Assembly (NCBI RefSeq): GCF_003018115.1
Contig: NZ_CP027457.1
Strand: one strand, 5' to 3'
DNA from: Escherichia coli
GTDB taxonomy: Bacteria > Pseudomonadota > Gammaproteobacteria > Enterobacterales > Enterobacteriaceae
Length of the DNA: 64,000 bases
Shown: one piece after another, positions 34,831 to 45,503 of the stretch
Layout of the letters: each line of letters starts with the position of its first letter
Position numbering within the stretch: position 1 is the first letter of the stretch
Notes under the pieces: generated by a model
The model's database searches: none
Told to the model about the DNA's origin: nothing
The model's input: the letters and a program-made list of their open reading frames with translations, nothing else
Program-made: the position numbers and the translations under genes

Positions 34831-36006
34831 TCAATATCGGTTTCTGTCAGCGATTAAATTCAACACCACGTAACAAACGCCTCCGGCAATTAATCCCCAG
34901 AACGCTGAACCAATCCCGACCAGCGTTAATCCACTTGCCGTTACCAGAAATGCCACCACCGCCGCGTCGCGCTCACGCTCATTATGCAGCGCCTGATACA
35001 AACTGCCGCCAATGGTACTTAACAGCGCCAGACCTGCCAGCATCTGGATCCAACTTACGGGCAGGGCAGCCATCATCCCGGTAATGGCACTACCAAACAG
35101 ACCTGCGAGCAAATAGAAAATGCCTGCAACGGCAGCGGCCAGCCAACGTTGATCTTTATCCGGATGCGCTTCCGGGCTTTGGCAAATAGCTGCGGTGATT
35201 GCCGCAATACCGACGGAATAAACGCCGAAAGGGGAAAAAACCAGTGCCAGCAATCCAGTAAATACAATTAATGGCGAAACAGGAGCCGAATATCCGGCTG
35301 CTTTCATTGCTGCGATACCCGGTGCGTTTTGCGATGCCATCGTCACCAGAAAAAGGGGGAGTGCAACGCTCAGGCTGTGAGCAAACGAAAAATCAGGGGT
35401 AATATAAGTGGGGAGAACGGGTTTAAAGACAACATCAGTTGTGACAACGTCACCTTGCGCGATAACGATCACGATCCCAATAATCATCGCGGCAATTACC
35501 GCATAGCGCGGCGCAACGGCCTTGGTTGCCAGCCATACCAGCAACATACTTCCACACAACGTAAATTGACAGTCCAGACTGGCAAACGCCTGTAAACCAA
35601 AGCGTAATAAAATCCCGGCAAGCATTGCCGCCGCAAGCGAGTGCGGAATAATGCGCATCAGACGAGCAAAGAGTCCCGTTATGCCGCAGAGGACTATTAA
35701 CGCGTTGGTGACAATAAAAACGCCGATGGCTTCGTTAAGTGTTAGTCCCTGCAATCCGGTGACCAACAAAGCCGCGCCAGGCGTTGACCATGCGGTGAGA
35801 ACAGGTACGCGATACCATAATGTCAGAGTCAGCGTACTGACGCCCATTGCCAGCCCCAGCGCCGTCATCCAGCCAGAGATTTGTGCAGTGGAGGCTCCGG
35901 CGACAATCGCTGCTTGCCAGATTATTGCCGCTGAACTGGCGTAGCCAATTAATACCGCCAGAAACCCCGCCAGTAGCGTGGGTGGAGGAACAGAAAACAG
36001 ACGCAT
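34831..36006 (-). CDS. ydcO: BenE-family (benzoate transporter-like) inner membrane protein
   Basis: Internal ATG giving MRLFSVPPPTLLAGFLAVLIGYASSAAI..., 391 aa, polytopic. Confidence 0.85.
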   Translation of the reverse strand: MRLFSVPPPTLLAGFLAVLIGYASSAAIIWQAAIVAGASTAQISGWMTALGLAMGVSTLTLTLWYRVPVLTAWSTPGAALLVTGLQGLTLNEAIGVFIVTNALIVLCGITGLFARLMRIIPHSLAAAMLAGILLRFGLQAFASLDCQFTLCGSMLLVWLATKAVAPRYAVIAAMIIGIVIVIAQGDVVTTDVVFKPVLPTYITPDFSFAHSLSVALPLFLVTMASQNAPGIAAMKAAGYSAPVSPLIVFTGLLALVFSPFGVYSVGIAAITAAICQSPEAHPDKDQRWLAAAVAGIFYLLAGLFGSAITGMMAALPVSWIQMLAGLALLSTIGGSLYQALHNERERDAAVVAFLVTASGLTLVGIGSAFWGLIAGGVCYVVLNLIADRNRY

Positions 36007-36097
36007 AGTCACCTCGTGCGTTATAGCGTACAGGCACCGTAGCATTTGTCCGTTATAACGCACAAGTGATAAACTTCCGTTTTGCCGGAGGAGTCGC

Positions 36098-36634
36098 ATG
36101 GAAAATCTCGCTCGCTTTTTATCCACCACACTTAAACAACTACGTCAGCAGCGCGGCTGGAGTCTTTCGCGACTGGCAGAAGCGACGGGCGTTTCTAAAG
36201 CAATGTTAGGACAGATTGAGCGTAATGAGTCCAGCCCGACGGTCGCGACATTATGGAAAATTGCCACTGGGTTGAACGTGCCCTTTTCGACATTTATTTC
36301 TCCGCCACAGTCCGCTACGCCTTCAGTTTATGATCCACAACAGCAGGCGATGGTGATCACTTCGCTGTTTCCTTATGATCCACAACTCTGCTTTGAACAC
36401 TTCTCGATTCAGATGGCACCCGGTGCAATAAGCGAATCGACGCCCCATGAGAAGGGGGTAATCGAACATGTCGTCGTCATTGATGGACAACTTGATCTGT
36501 GCGTTGATGGTGAATGGCAGAGCCTTAATTGTGGGGAAGGCGCTCGATTTGCTGCAGACGTCACGCATATCTATCGTAATGGTGGGGAGCAAATCGTACA
36601 TTTTCATTCCCTCATCCATTACCCGCGCAGTTAA
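36098..36634 (+). CDS. ydcN: XRE-family HTH regulator with C-terminal cupin domain
   Basis: 178-aa ORF; HTH (LSRLAEATGVSKAMLGQIERNESSPTVATL); divergent from ydcO. Confidence 0.85.
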   Translation: MENLARFLSTTLKQLRQQRGWSLSRLAEATGVSKAMLGQIERNESSPTVATLWKIATGLNVPFSTFISPPQSATPSVYDPQQQAMVITSLFPYDPQLCFEHFSIQMAPGAISESTPHEKGVIEHVVVIDGQLDLCVDGEWQSLNCGEGARFAADVTHIYRNGGEQIVHFHSLIHYPRS

Positions 36635-36706
36635 GCGGGAAAACTATTTCGCAACGTCGCGCTTGTGGCTAAAATAGCCGCCATTTTTCAGCTACTGGAT
36701 AAGAAT

Positions 36707-38668
36707 GTGACCGTATCTTCTCATCGACTTGAACTGTTAAGCCCGGCACGCGATGCCGCCATTGCCCGCGAAGCTATTTTGCACGGTGCCGATGCTGTTT
36801 ATATCGGCGGCCCTGGTTTTGGTGCCCGTCATAATGCCAGTAATAGCCTGAAAGATATTGCCGAGCTGGTGCCGTTTGCCCATCGTTATGGTGCAAAAAT
36901 TTTCGTCACGCTTAACACCATTTTGCATGATGATGAGCTGGAACCCGCGCAACGGCTGATTACTGACCTCTACCAGACCGGTGTCGATGCGCTGATTGTT
37001 CAGGATATGGGGATTCTGGAACTTGATATTCCGCCGATTGAACTGCACGCCAGTACGCAGTGCGACATTCGTACAGTAGAAAAAGCGAAGTTCCTCTCTG
37101 ATGTTGGCTTCACGCAGATTGTGCTGGCGCGAGAGCTGAATCTTGAGCAGATCCGCGCGATTCACCAGGCCACGGACGCGACCATTGAATTCTTTATTCA
37201 TGGGGCACTGTGCGTGGCCTATTCGGGTCAGTGCTACATTTCTCATGCGCAAACAGGGCGTAGCGCCAACCGTGGCGATTGCTCGCAGGCGTGCCGTTTG
37301 CCATACACATTGAAAGACGATCAGGGGCGGGTGGTTTCCTATGAAAAACATCTGCTGTCGATGAAAGATAACGATCAAACTGCCAACCTCGGCGCGCTGA
37401 TTGATGCTGGTGTACGCTCCTTCAAGATTGAAGGGCGTTACAAAGATATGAGCTACGTGAAGAATATCACCGCCCATTATCGCCAGATGCTGGATGCCAT
37501 TATTGAAGAACGTGGCGATCTGACGCGCGCTTCATCAGGTCGTACTGAACATTTCTTTGTTCCATCGACGGAAAAGACTTTCCATCGTGGTAGCACAGAT
37601 TATTTTGTGAATGCCCGTAAAGGCGATATTGGCGCGTTCGATTCGCCGAAATTTATCGGCCTGCCGGTGGGTGAAGTATTGAAAGTGGCGAAAGATCATC
37701 TCGATGTTGCCGTTACCGAGCCACTGGCAAATGGCGATGGCCTGAACGTGTTGATTAAACGTGAAGTCGTCGGTTTTCGTGCCAATACGGTCGAGAAAAC
37801 CGGAGAAAATCAGTACCGCGTCTGGCCCAATGAAATGCCAGCAGATTTGCACAAAATTCGCCCGCATCACCCACTAAACCGTAATCTTGATCATAACTGG
37901 CAGCAGGCACTGACAAAAACCTCCAGCGAACGTCGGGTGGCGGTAGACATTGAACTGGGCGGCTGGCAGGAACAACTGATTCTGACCCTCACCAGTGAAG
38001 AGGGGGTCAGCATCACGCATACGCTGGATGGGCAGTTCGACGAAGCCAATAACGCCGAAAAAGCAATGAACAATCTGAAGGATGGTCTGGCAAAACTGGG
38101 GCAAACCATCTATTACGCCCGCGATGTGCAAATTAATTTGCCGGGGGCGCTGTTTGTACCAAACAGTCTGTTAAACCAGTTCCGCCGCGAAGCCGCCGAC
38201 ATGCTGGATGCTGCACGTCTTGCCAGTTACCAGCGCGGCAGCCGTAAACCGGTTGCTGATCCTGCGCCGGTTTATCCGCAAACGCATCTGAGTTTCCTCG
38301 CGAACGTTTACAACCAGAAAGCGCGTGAATTTTATCATCGCTATGGTGTGCAGCTGATTGACGCGGCGTATGAGGCACATGAAGAGAAGGGCGAAGTCCC
38401 GGTGATGATCACCAAGCATTGTCTGCGCTTTGCCTTTAATCTGTGCCCGAAACAGGCGAAAGGCAATATCAAAAGCTGGAAGGCGACGCCAATGCAACTG
38501 GTTAACGGCGATGAAGTATTAACGCTAAAGTTTGATTGCCGCCCATGCGAGATGCACGTCATTGGCAAAATCAAAAATCACATACTGAAAATGCCGTTAC
38601 CGGGAAGCGTAGTGGCATCCGTAAGTCCGGATGAGCTGCTGAAAACATTGCCGAAGCGAAAAGGGTAA
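36707..38668 (+). CDS. rlhA: peptidase U32-family protein (23S rRNA C2501 hydroxylation factor RlhA)
   Basis: GTG start at 36707 giving VTVSSHRLELLSPARD..., 653 aa, by family size; the listed ORF start is 36665. Confidence 0.8.
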   Translation: MTVSSHRLELLSPARDAAIAREAILHGADAVYIGGPGFGARHNASNSLKDIAELVPFAHRYGAKIFVTLNTILHDDELEPAQRLITDLYQTGVDALIVQDMGILELDIPPIELHASTQCDIRTVEKAKFLSDVGFTQIVLARELNLEQIRAIHQATDATIEFFIHGALCVAYSGQCYISHAQTGRSANRGDCSQACRLPYTLKDDQGRVVSYEKHLLSMKDNDQTANLGALIDAGVRSFKIEGRYKDMSYVKNITAHYRQMLDAIIEERGDLTRASSGRTEHFFVPSTEKTFHRGSTDYFVNARKGDIGAFDSPKFIGLPVGEVLKVAKDHLDVAVTEPLANGDGLNVLIKREVVGFRANTVEKTGENQYRVWPNEMPADLHKIRPHHPLNRNLDHNWQQALTKTSSERRVAVDIELGGWQEQLILTLTSEEGVSITHTLDGQFDEANNAEKAMNNLKDGLAKLGQTIYYARDVQINLPGALFVPNSLLNQFRREAADMLDAARLASYQRGSRKPVADPAPVYPQTHLSFLANVYNQKAREFYHRYGVQLIDAAYEAHEEKGEVPVMITKHCLRFAFNLCPKQAKGNIKSWKATPMQLVNGDEVLTLKFDCRPCEMHVIGKIKNHILKMPLPGSVVASVSPDELLKTLPKRKG

Positions 38669-38759
38669 AACGCCAGTTTTCTGGTTACTCACAACTTATT
38701 GAATCTGCATGATATTGCCTGCCGGGTAAGGCGTTACGCCGCATCCGGCATCAAACGAC

Positions 38760-38990
38760 TCAACGTTGTCCCGCTTCTGGTTTGCGCGATTTTTGCCAGT
38801 AAAAATGCTCGCGCAAACCTTCCGCCGACTCTTCCGCCACAGCACGCAATTCATCGCTGTCCGCTTCATGACGCAGCTGATGATCCACATTCTTTACCCA
38901 CACAAATTCATGTCCTTTGTGCCCTGCCATGAGTTGTCCTGAGAACAGCGCACACGTTAATAAGACAACCGATAACGCCTTCGTAAACAT
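38760..38990 (-). CDS. yncJ: DUF2554-family small secreted protein
   Basis: 76-aa ORF with N-terminal signal peptide. Confidence 0.7.
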   Translation of the reverse strand: MFTKALSVVLLTCALFSGQLMAGHKGHEFVWVKNVDHQLRHEADSDELRAVAEESAEGLREHFYWQKSRKPEAGQR

Positions 38991-39211
38991 CCTGCCACCT
39001 TTTTTTTACCTTTTGCCGCTATGATGCCGATCGTTTCTTGAGGTTATTATTCAGTTTTGCAAATTAGCGCAAAGAAATTCTGGAATCTTCCTTCCTGATT
39101 TTGCATTGCATTCTGCCGTTGCGGCAATTTAGTGCTATTTTCGAGCAAATTACACACGGAGGTAAACACTAATGTTTACTTTGTTGATATACTCAGCGGC
39201 AGGGAGGCGAT

Positions 39212-39388
39212 GTGAAACAAAGCGAGTTCAGACGTTGGCTCGAATCTCAGGGCGTCGATGTAGCGAATGGCAGCAACCATTTGAAAGTCAGGTTTCATGG
39301 GATGCGCAGTGTCATGCCGCGTCACCCCTGCGATGAGATTAAAGAACCATTGCGTAAAGCAATCCAGAAACAACTCGGTTTGAGTTAA
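39212..39388 (+). CDS. hicA: HicA mRNA-interferase toxin (type II TA)
   Basis: GTG start after AGGGAGG; 58 aa VKQSEFRRWLESQGVDVANGSNHLKVRFHG...; below the ORF-track cutoff. Confidence 0.85.
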   Translation: MKQSEFRRWLESQGVDVANGSNHLKVRFHGMRSVMPRHPCDEIKEPLRKAIQKQLGLS

Positions 39389-39433
39389 TCGCCAATTAAA
39401 AAGGTTAATGACATGCGAGAGACAGTCGAAATT

Positions 39434-39850
<417 letters not shown>

Positions 39851-39928
39851 TAACAGTTAATGAAAAGTTGTCATTTTTAACAACTGATATAGACTGCCGA
39901 ATCATCTGCACATAATTACGATTCGATA

Positions 39929-41335
39929 ATGAAAAAATATCAGCAGCTTGCAGAACAATTACGCGAGCAGATTGCGTCTGGTATCTGGCAATCCGGCGAT
40001 CGTTTGCCTTCGTTGCGTGACCAGGTGGCGCTTTCTGGCATGAGCTTTATGACTGTCAGCCATGCCTATCAGTTGCTCGAAAGTCAGGGACATATTATCG
40101 CGCGACCGCAGTCGGGTTATTACGTTGCGCCACAGGCAATAAAAATGCCGAAAGCGCCAGTCATTCCAGTCACTCGAGATGAAGCAGTCGATATCAACAC
40201 CTATATTTTTGATATGTTGCAGGCCAGTCGCGATCCGTCGGTAGTTCCGTTTGCCTCGGCCTTTCCCGACCCGCGACTTTTCCCCCTCCAACAACTAAAC
40301 CGCTCGCTGGCGCAGGTAAGCAAAACCGCCACGGCGATGAGCGTGATTGAAAACTTGCCGCCAGGAAACGCAGAACTGCGTCAGGCTATTGCCCGTCGCT
40401 ATGCCTTACAGGGCATCACCATTTCTCCTGATGAAATTGTCATTACTGCCGGGGCGTTAGAGGCATTAAACCTCAGTTTGCAAGCGGTAACTGAACCGGG
40501 CGATTGGGTGATAGTAGAGAATCCTTGTTTCTACGGCGCGTTGCAGGCGCTGGAGCGGCTACGGCTGAAGGCGTTATCGGTGGCGACGGATGTTAAAGAA
40601 GGGATCGATCTTCAGGCGCTGGAACTGGCGTTGCAGGAGTATCCGGTGAAAGCGTGCTGGCTGATGACTAATAGCCAGAATCCACTCGGATTTACCTTAA
40701 CGCCGCAAAAAAAAGCACAACTGGTGGCGTTGCTCAATCAGTACAACGTAGCGCTGATTGAAGATGACGTTTACAGCGAACTTTATTTTGGACGGGAAAA
40801 ACCGCTGCCTGCGAAAGCGTGGGATCGCCACGATGGCGTTTTGCATTGCTCTTCGTTTTCGAAATGTCTGGTGCCTGGTTTTCGTATTGGTTGGGTCGCC
40901 GCCGGAAAACATGCACGTAAAATTCAACGATTGCAGTTGATGAGTACGCTTTCCACCAGCTCACCGATGCAGCTTGCGCTGGTAGATTACCTTTCCACGC
41001 GCCGATACGACGCCCATCTTCGTCGCCTGCGTCGCCAGCTTGCGGAACGTAAACAACGTGCCTGGCAGGCACTGCTGCGTTATCTGCCTGCGGAAGTGAA
41101 AATTCATCATAATGACAGCGGCTATTTTCTCTGGCTGGAGCTCCCCGAACCGTTAGATGCCGGCGAATTAAGCCTGGCGGCACTGACGCATCATATCAGT
41201 ATTGCGCCGGGTAAAATGTTTTCTACCGGTGAAAACTGGTCACGTTTTTTTCGTTTTAATACCGCGTGGCAGTGGGGAGAACGTGAAGAACAGGCGGTAA
41301 AACAATTAGGCAAACTTATTCAAGAACGGCTGTAA
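39929..41335 (+). CDS. ydcR: MocR/GabR-type regulator (GntR HTH fused to PLP aminotransferase-like domain)
   Basis: 468-aa ORF; N-terminal wHTH, C-terminal fold-type I aminotransferase domain. Confidence 0.85.
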   Translation: MKKYQQLAEQLREQIASGIWQSGDRLPSLRDQVALSGMSFMTVSHAYQLLESQGHIIARPQSGYYVAPQAIKMPKAPVIPVTRDEAVDINTYIFDMLQASRDPSVVPFASAFPDPRLFPLQQLNRSLAQVSKTATAMSVIENLPPGNAELRQAIARRYALQGITISPDEIVITAGALEALNLSLQAVTEPGDWVIVENPCFYGALQALERLRLKALSVATDVKEGIDLQALELALQEYPVKACWLMTNSQNPLGFTLTPQKKAQLVALLNQYNVALIEDDVYSELYFGREKPLPAKAWDRHDGVLHCSSFSKCLVPGFRIGWVAAGKHARKIQRLQLMSTLSTSSPMQLALVDYLSTRRYDAHLRRLRRQLAERKQRAWQALLRYLPAEVKIHHNDSGYFLWLELPEPLDAGELSLAALTHHISIAPGKMFSTGENWSRFFRFNTAWQWGEREEQAVKQLGKLIQERL

Positions 41336-41579
41336 TAGCGTTTAATTTAATTCCTCTTAGATTGGGTAATATGAATTTCGAATAGCAGTCATATTTCCTA
41401 ACTCCTTGACTATACTCCAGAAGATAACCTTACAGACGGCATAATGCGCGGTAGCTCACAACCTGATTAAATTTTCTCAGGGGCGAAGGTGTGCCTGCAA
41501 GCCGCCGTCTATGGTTAAACAAGGAGATATTTTTACGGCACGGCGGCTGAACAATTAATTACGACAGGAGTAAGACCTT

Positions 41580-42725
41580 ATGAGCAAGACATTTGCCCGC
41601 AGCAGCCTGTGTGCGCTCAGCATGACAATAATGACCGCTCACGCCGCCGAACCGCCTACCAATTTAGATAAACCGGAAGGGCGACTGGATATTATCGCCT
41701 GGCCGGGATATATCGAACGCGGACAAACTGATAAACAATACGACTGGGTAACGCAATTCGAAAAAGAGACAGGCTGCGCGGTGAATGTTAAAACCGCCGC
41801 GACTTCCGATGAAATGGTCAGTCTGATGACCAAAGGGGGTTACGATCTGGTTACGGCATCCGGCGATGCCTCGCTGCGTTTGATTATGGGTAAACGCGTG
41901 CAGCCGATTAATACCGCCTTGATTACCAACTGGAAAACGCTCGATCCGCGCGTGGTTAAAGGCGACTGGTTTAACGTTGGCGGCAAAGTTTACGGTACAC
42001 CTTACCAATGGGGGCCGAACCTGCTGATGTACAACACTAAAACCTTCCCGACGCCGCCGGATAGCTGGCAAGTGGTTTTTGTTGAGCAAAATCTGCAGGA
42101 CGGCAAGAGCAATAAAGGCCGCGTTCAGGCTTATGATGGCCCTATCTACATTGCGGACGCTGCGTTGTTCGTTAAAGCCACTCAGCCGCAGTTGGGCATC
42201 AGCGATCCGTATCAACTCACCGAAGAACAGTACCAGGCGGTGCTGAAAGTGCTGCGCGCTCAACATAGTTTGATCCATCGCTACTGGCATGACACTACCG
42301 TGCAAATGAGCGATTTCAAAAACGAGGGTGTGGTTGCTTCCAGTGCATGGCCCTATCAGGCCAACGCCTTGAAAGCCGAAGGCCAGCCTGTTGCTACCGT
42401 TTTCCCGAAGGAGGGTGTTACCGGTTGGGCTGATACCACCATGCTGCATAGCGAAGCGAAACATCCGGTTTGCGCCTACAAATGGATGAACTGGTCATTA
42501 ACGCCAAAAGTGCAGGGCGATGTGGCGGCCTGGTTTGGCTCGTTACCGGTAGTGCCGGAAGGGTGTAAAGCCAGTCCGTTATTAGGCGAAAAAGGTTGTG
42601 AAACCAACGGTTTTAACTATTTCGACAAAATCGCCTTCTGGAAAACGCCTATAGCAGAAGGGGGCAAGTTTGTTCCCTACAGTCGCTGGACGCAGGATTA
42701 CATTGCCATTATGGGCGGTCGCTAA
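41580..42725 (+). CDS. ydcS: periplasmic solute-binding protein of ABC transporter (polyamine-type)
   Basis: 381-aa ORF with signal peptide; first gene of a four-gene ABC cluster. Confidence 0.85.
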   Translation: MSKTFARSSLCALSMTIMTAHAAEPPTNLDKPEGRLDIIAWPGYIERGQTDKQYDWVTQFEKETGCAVNVKTAATSDEMVSLMTKGGYDLVTASGDASLRLIMGKRVQPINTALITNWKTLDPRVVKGDWFNVGGKVYGTPYQWGPNLLMYNTKTFPTPPDSWQVVFVEQNLQDGKSNKGRVQAYDGPIYIADAALFVKATQPQLGISDPYQLTEEQYQAVLKVLRAQHSLIHRYWHDTTVQMSDFKNEGVVASSAWPYQANALKAEGQPVATVFPKEGVTGWADTTMLHSEAKHPVCAYKWMNWSLTPKVQGDVAAWFGSLPVVPEGCKASPLLGEKGCETNGFNYFDKIAFWKTPIAEGGKFVPYSRWTQDYIAIMGGR

Positions 42726-42742
42726 CTTCGCTGGGGTGCTTT

Positions 42743-43756
42743 ATGACGTACGCAGTGGAGTTTGACAACGTCTCGCGGTTGTACGGTGACGTGCGCGCAG
42801 TAGATGGCGTCAGTATTGCGATAAAAGATGGTGAGTTCTTCTCTATGCTGGGGCCGTCCGGCTCCGGCAAAACCACCTGCCTGCGCCTGATTGCTGGCTT
42901 CGAACAGCTTTCCGGCGGGGCTATCTCTATCTTTGGTAAACCCGCCAGCAATCTGCCACCGTGGGAGCGGGACGTGAATACTGTCTTTCAGGACTACGCG
43001 CTATTTCCGCATATGTCGATTCTTGACAATGTCGCCTATGGGCTGATGGTCAAAGGCGTGAATAAAAAGCAGCGGCACGCAATGGCGCAAGAGGCGCTGG
43101 AGAAAGTGGCGTTGGGGTTTGTACAGCAACGTAAACCGTCACAACTTTCTGGTGGTCAGCGCCAGCGGGTTGCTATCGCCAGAGCATTGGTGAATGAACC
43201 GCGCGTATTGCTGTTGGATGAACCGCTCGGCGCACTGGATCTCAAATTGCGTGAGCAGATGCAGCTGGAACTGAAAAAACTGCAACAGTCTCTCGGTATC
43301 ACTTTTATCTTCGTTACCCACGATCAGGGCGAAGCATTATCGATGTCCGATCGTGTGGCGGTTTTCAATAATGGACGCATTGAGCAGGTCGATTCCCCGC
43401 GCGATCTCTATATGCGCCCGCGCACGCCGTTTGTTGCCGGGTTCGTTGGTACATCGAATGTTTTTGATGGACTGATGGCAGAGAAACTTTGTGGCATGAC
43501 GGGAAGCTTCGCCCTGCGGCCGGAACATATCCGCCTCAACACCCCTGGTGAACTGCAGGCCAATGGCACGATCCAGGCGGTGCAATATCAGGGCGCGGCA
43601 ACTCGTTTTGAACTGAAATTGAACGGCGGTGAAAAACTGCTGGTGAGTCAGGCCAATATGACAGGCGAAGAACTGCCTGCCACGCTCACGCCCGGACAAC
43701 AGGTGATGGTTTCCTGGTCGCGTGATGTGATGGTGCCGCTGGTTGAGGAGAGGTGA
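42743..43756 (+). CDS. ydcT: ABC transporter ATP-binding protein
   Basis: Walker A GPSGSGKTT, ABC signature LSGGQRQR, Walker B LLLDEP. Confidence 0.9.
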   Translation: MTYAVEFDNVSRLYGDVRAVDGVSIAIKDGEFFSMLGPSGSGKTTCLRLIAGFEQLSGGAISIFGKPASNLPPWERDVNTVFQDYALFPHMSILDNVAYGLMVKGVNKKQRHAMAQEALEKVALGFVQQRKPSQLSGGQRQRVAIARALVNEPRVLLLDEPLGALDLKLREQMQLELKKLQQSLGITFIFVTHDQGEALSMSDRVAVFNNGRIEQVDSPRDLYMRPRTPFVAGFVGTSNVFDGLMAEKLCGMTGSFALRPEHIRLNTPGELQANGTIQAVQYQGAATRFELKLNGGEKLLVSQANMTGEELPATLTPGQQVMVSWSRDVMVPLVEER

Positions 43757-44698
43757 ATGGCGATGAACGTATTGCAATCACCTTCACGTCCAGGTCTGGG
43801 TAAGGTGTCCGGTTTCTTCTGGCGGAATCCGGGGCTGGGGCTGTTTTTGCTGCTGCTTGGCCCGCTAATGTGGTTTGGCATTGTCTATTTCGGCTCGCTG
43901 CTAACGCTGTTATGGCAGGGCTTTTATACCTTTGACGATTTCACCATGTCGGTAACGCCGGAACTGACGCTGGCGAACATCCGTGCGCTGTTTAATCCGG
44001 CGAATTACGACATCATTCTCCGCACGCTGACTATGGCTGTGGCAGTCACTATCGCCAGCGCCATTCTGGCTTTTCCAATGGCGTGGTATATGGCGCGCTA
44101 TACCAGCGGGAAAATGAAAGCGTTTTTTTATATTGCGGTAATGTTGCCGATGTGGGCGAGCTACATTGTTAAAGCCTATGCCTGGACGTTATTGCTGGCA
44201 AAAGATGGCGTGGCTCAGTGGTTTTTACAACATCTTGGGCTGGAACCACTGCTGACAGCGTTCCTTACATTACCTGCGGTGGGCGGCAATACGCTGTCAA
44301 CTTCCGGGCTGGGGCGCTTTCTGGTGTTTCTCTATATCTGGCTGCCGTTCATGATCCTGCCCGTGCAGGCGGCGCTTGAGCGTTTGCCGCCGTCATTGTT
44401 GCAGGCGTCAGCTGATCTCGGCGCACGTCCACGACAAACCTTTCGCTATGTGGTGCTGCCGCTGGCGATCCCGGGTATTGCCGCTGGCTCTATCTTTACC
44501 TTCTCACTCACACTGGGCGATTTTATCGTCCCGCAGCTGGTTGGCCCGCCAGGATATTTTATCGGCAATATGGTTTATTCCCAGCAGGGGGCGATTGGCA
44601 ATATGCCGATGGCGGCGGCATTCACCCTGGTGCCGATTGTTCTTATCGCACTGTACCTGGCGTTCGTGAAACGTCTGGGAGCGTTCGATGCACTCTGA
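43757..44698 (+). CDS. ydcU: ABC transporter permease
   Basis: 313-aa polytopic ORF; ATG overlaps ydcT stop. Confidence 0.85.
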   Translation: MAMNVLQSPSRPGLGKVSGFFWRNPGLGLFLLLLGPLMWFGIVYFGSLLTLLWQGFYTFDDFTMSVTPELTLANIRALFNPANYDIILRTLTMAVAVTIASAILAFPMAWYMARYTSGKMKAFFYIAVMLPMWASYIVKAYAWTLLLAKDGVAQWFLQHLGLEPLLTAFLTLPAVGGNTLSTSGLGRFLVFLYIWLPFMILPVQAALERLPPSLLQASADLGARPRQTFRYVVLPLAIPGIAAGSIFTFSLTLGDFIVPQLVGPPGYFIGNMVYSQQGAIGNMPMAAAFTLVPIVLIALYLAFVKRLGAFDAL

Positions 44699-45482
44699 AC
44701 GCGCACCGTTTCTCCTCAAACTGGCGGCCTGGGGCGGCGTTGTTTTCCTACATTTTCCCATCCTGATAATCGCCGCCTATGCGTTTAACACTGAAGATGC
44801 GGCATTTAGTTTTCCACCGCAAGGCCTGACGCTGCGCTGGTTTGGCGTGGCAGCACAGCGTAGTGATATTCTTGATTCCGTGACACTGTCACTTAAAGTG
44901 GCAGCGCTGGCGACATTAATCGCGCTGGTGTTAGGGACGCTGGCAGCTGCCGCGCTGTGGCGACGAGACTTTTTCGGCAAAAACGCCATTTCGCTGTTAC
45001 TGCTGCTGCCCATTGCGCTGCCGGGCATTGTCACTGGTCTGGCGTTATTAACCGCCTTTAAAACCATCAATCTGGAGCCGGGATTTTTCACCATCGTGGT
45101 CGGTCATGCGACTTTTTGCGTAGTGGTGGTGTTTAACAATGTCATCGCCCGTTTTCGCCGCACCTCCTGGAGTCTGGTTGAGGCGTCAATGGATCTTGGG
45201 GCCAATGGCTGGCAAACCTTCCGCTACGTAGTGTTGCCGAATCTCAGTTCGGCGTTACTGGCAGGAGGAATGCTGGCGTTTGCCTTGTCGTTCGATGAAA
45301 TCATCGTTACGACCTTTACGGCAGGTCATGAACGAACGTTACCGTTGTGGTTGCTCAATCAGCTTGGGCGACCGCGTGATGTACCGGTAACCAACGTGGT
45401 GGCACTGCTGGTTATGTTGGTAACAACCTTGCCGATCCTGGGGGCCTGGTGGCTAACCCGCGAAGGCGACAATGGTCAATAA
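44688..45482 (+). CDS. ydcV: ABC transporter permease
   Basis: 264-aa polytopic ORF overlapping ydcU 3' end. Confidence 0.85.
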   Translation: MHSERAPFLLKLAAWGGVVFLHFPILIIAAYAFNTEDAAFSFPPQGLTLRWFGVAAQRSDILDSVTLSLKVAALATLIALVLGTLAAAALWRRDFFGKNAISLLLLLPIALPGIVTGLALLTAFKTINLEPGFFTIVVGHATFCVVVVFNNVIARFRRTSWSLVEASMDLGANGWQTFRYVVLPNLSSALLAGGMLAFALSFDEIIVTTFTAGHERTLPLWLLNQLGRPRDVPVTNVVALLVMLVTTLPILGAWWLTREGDNGQ

Positions 45483-45503
45483 CCACTGATACAGGAAAAT
45501 GCT

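Noticed and set aside
39171-39317. 48-codon ORF upstream of and overlapping hicA
   Set aside because: Out of frame with hicA and with no recognisable product; kept only as a possible translational-coupling element in the hicAB finding.
41664-42464. 266-aa minus-strand ORF inside ydcS
   Set aside because: Antisense shadow ORF within a confidently called ABC binding-protein gene; low-complexity, Arg/Gly-rich translation.
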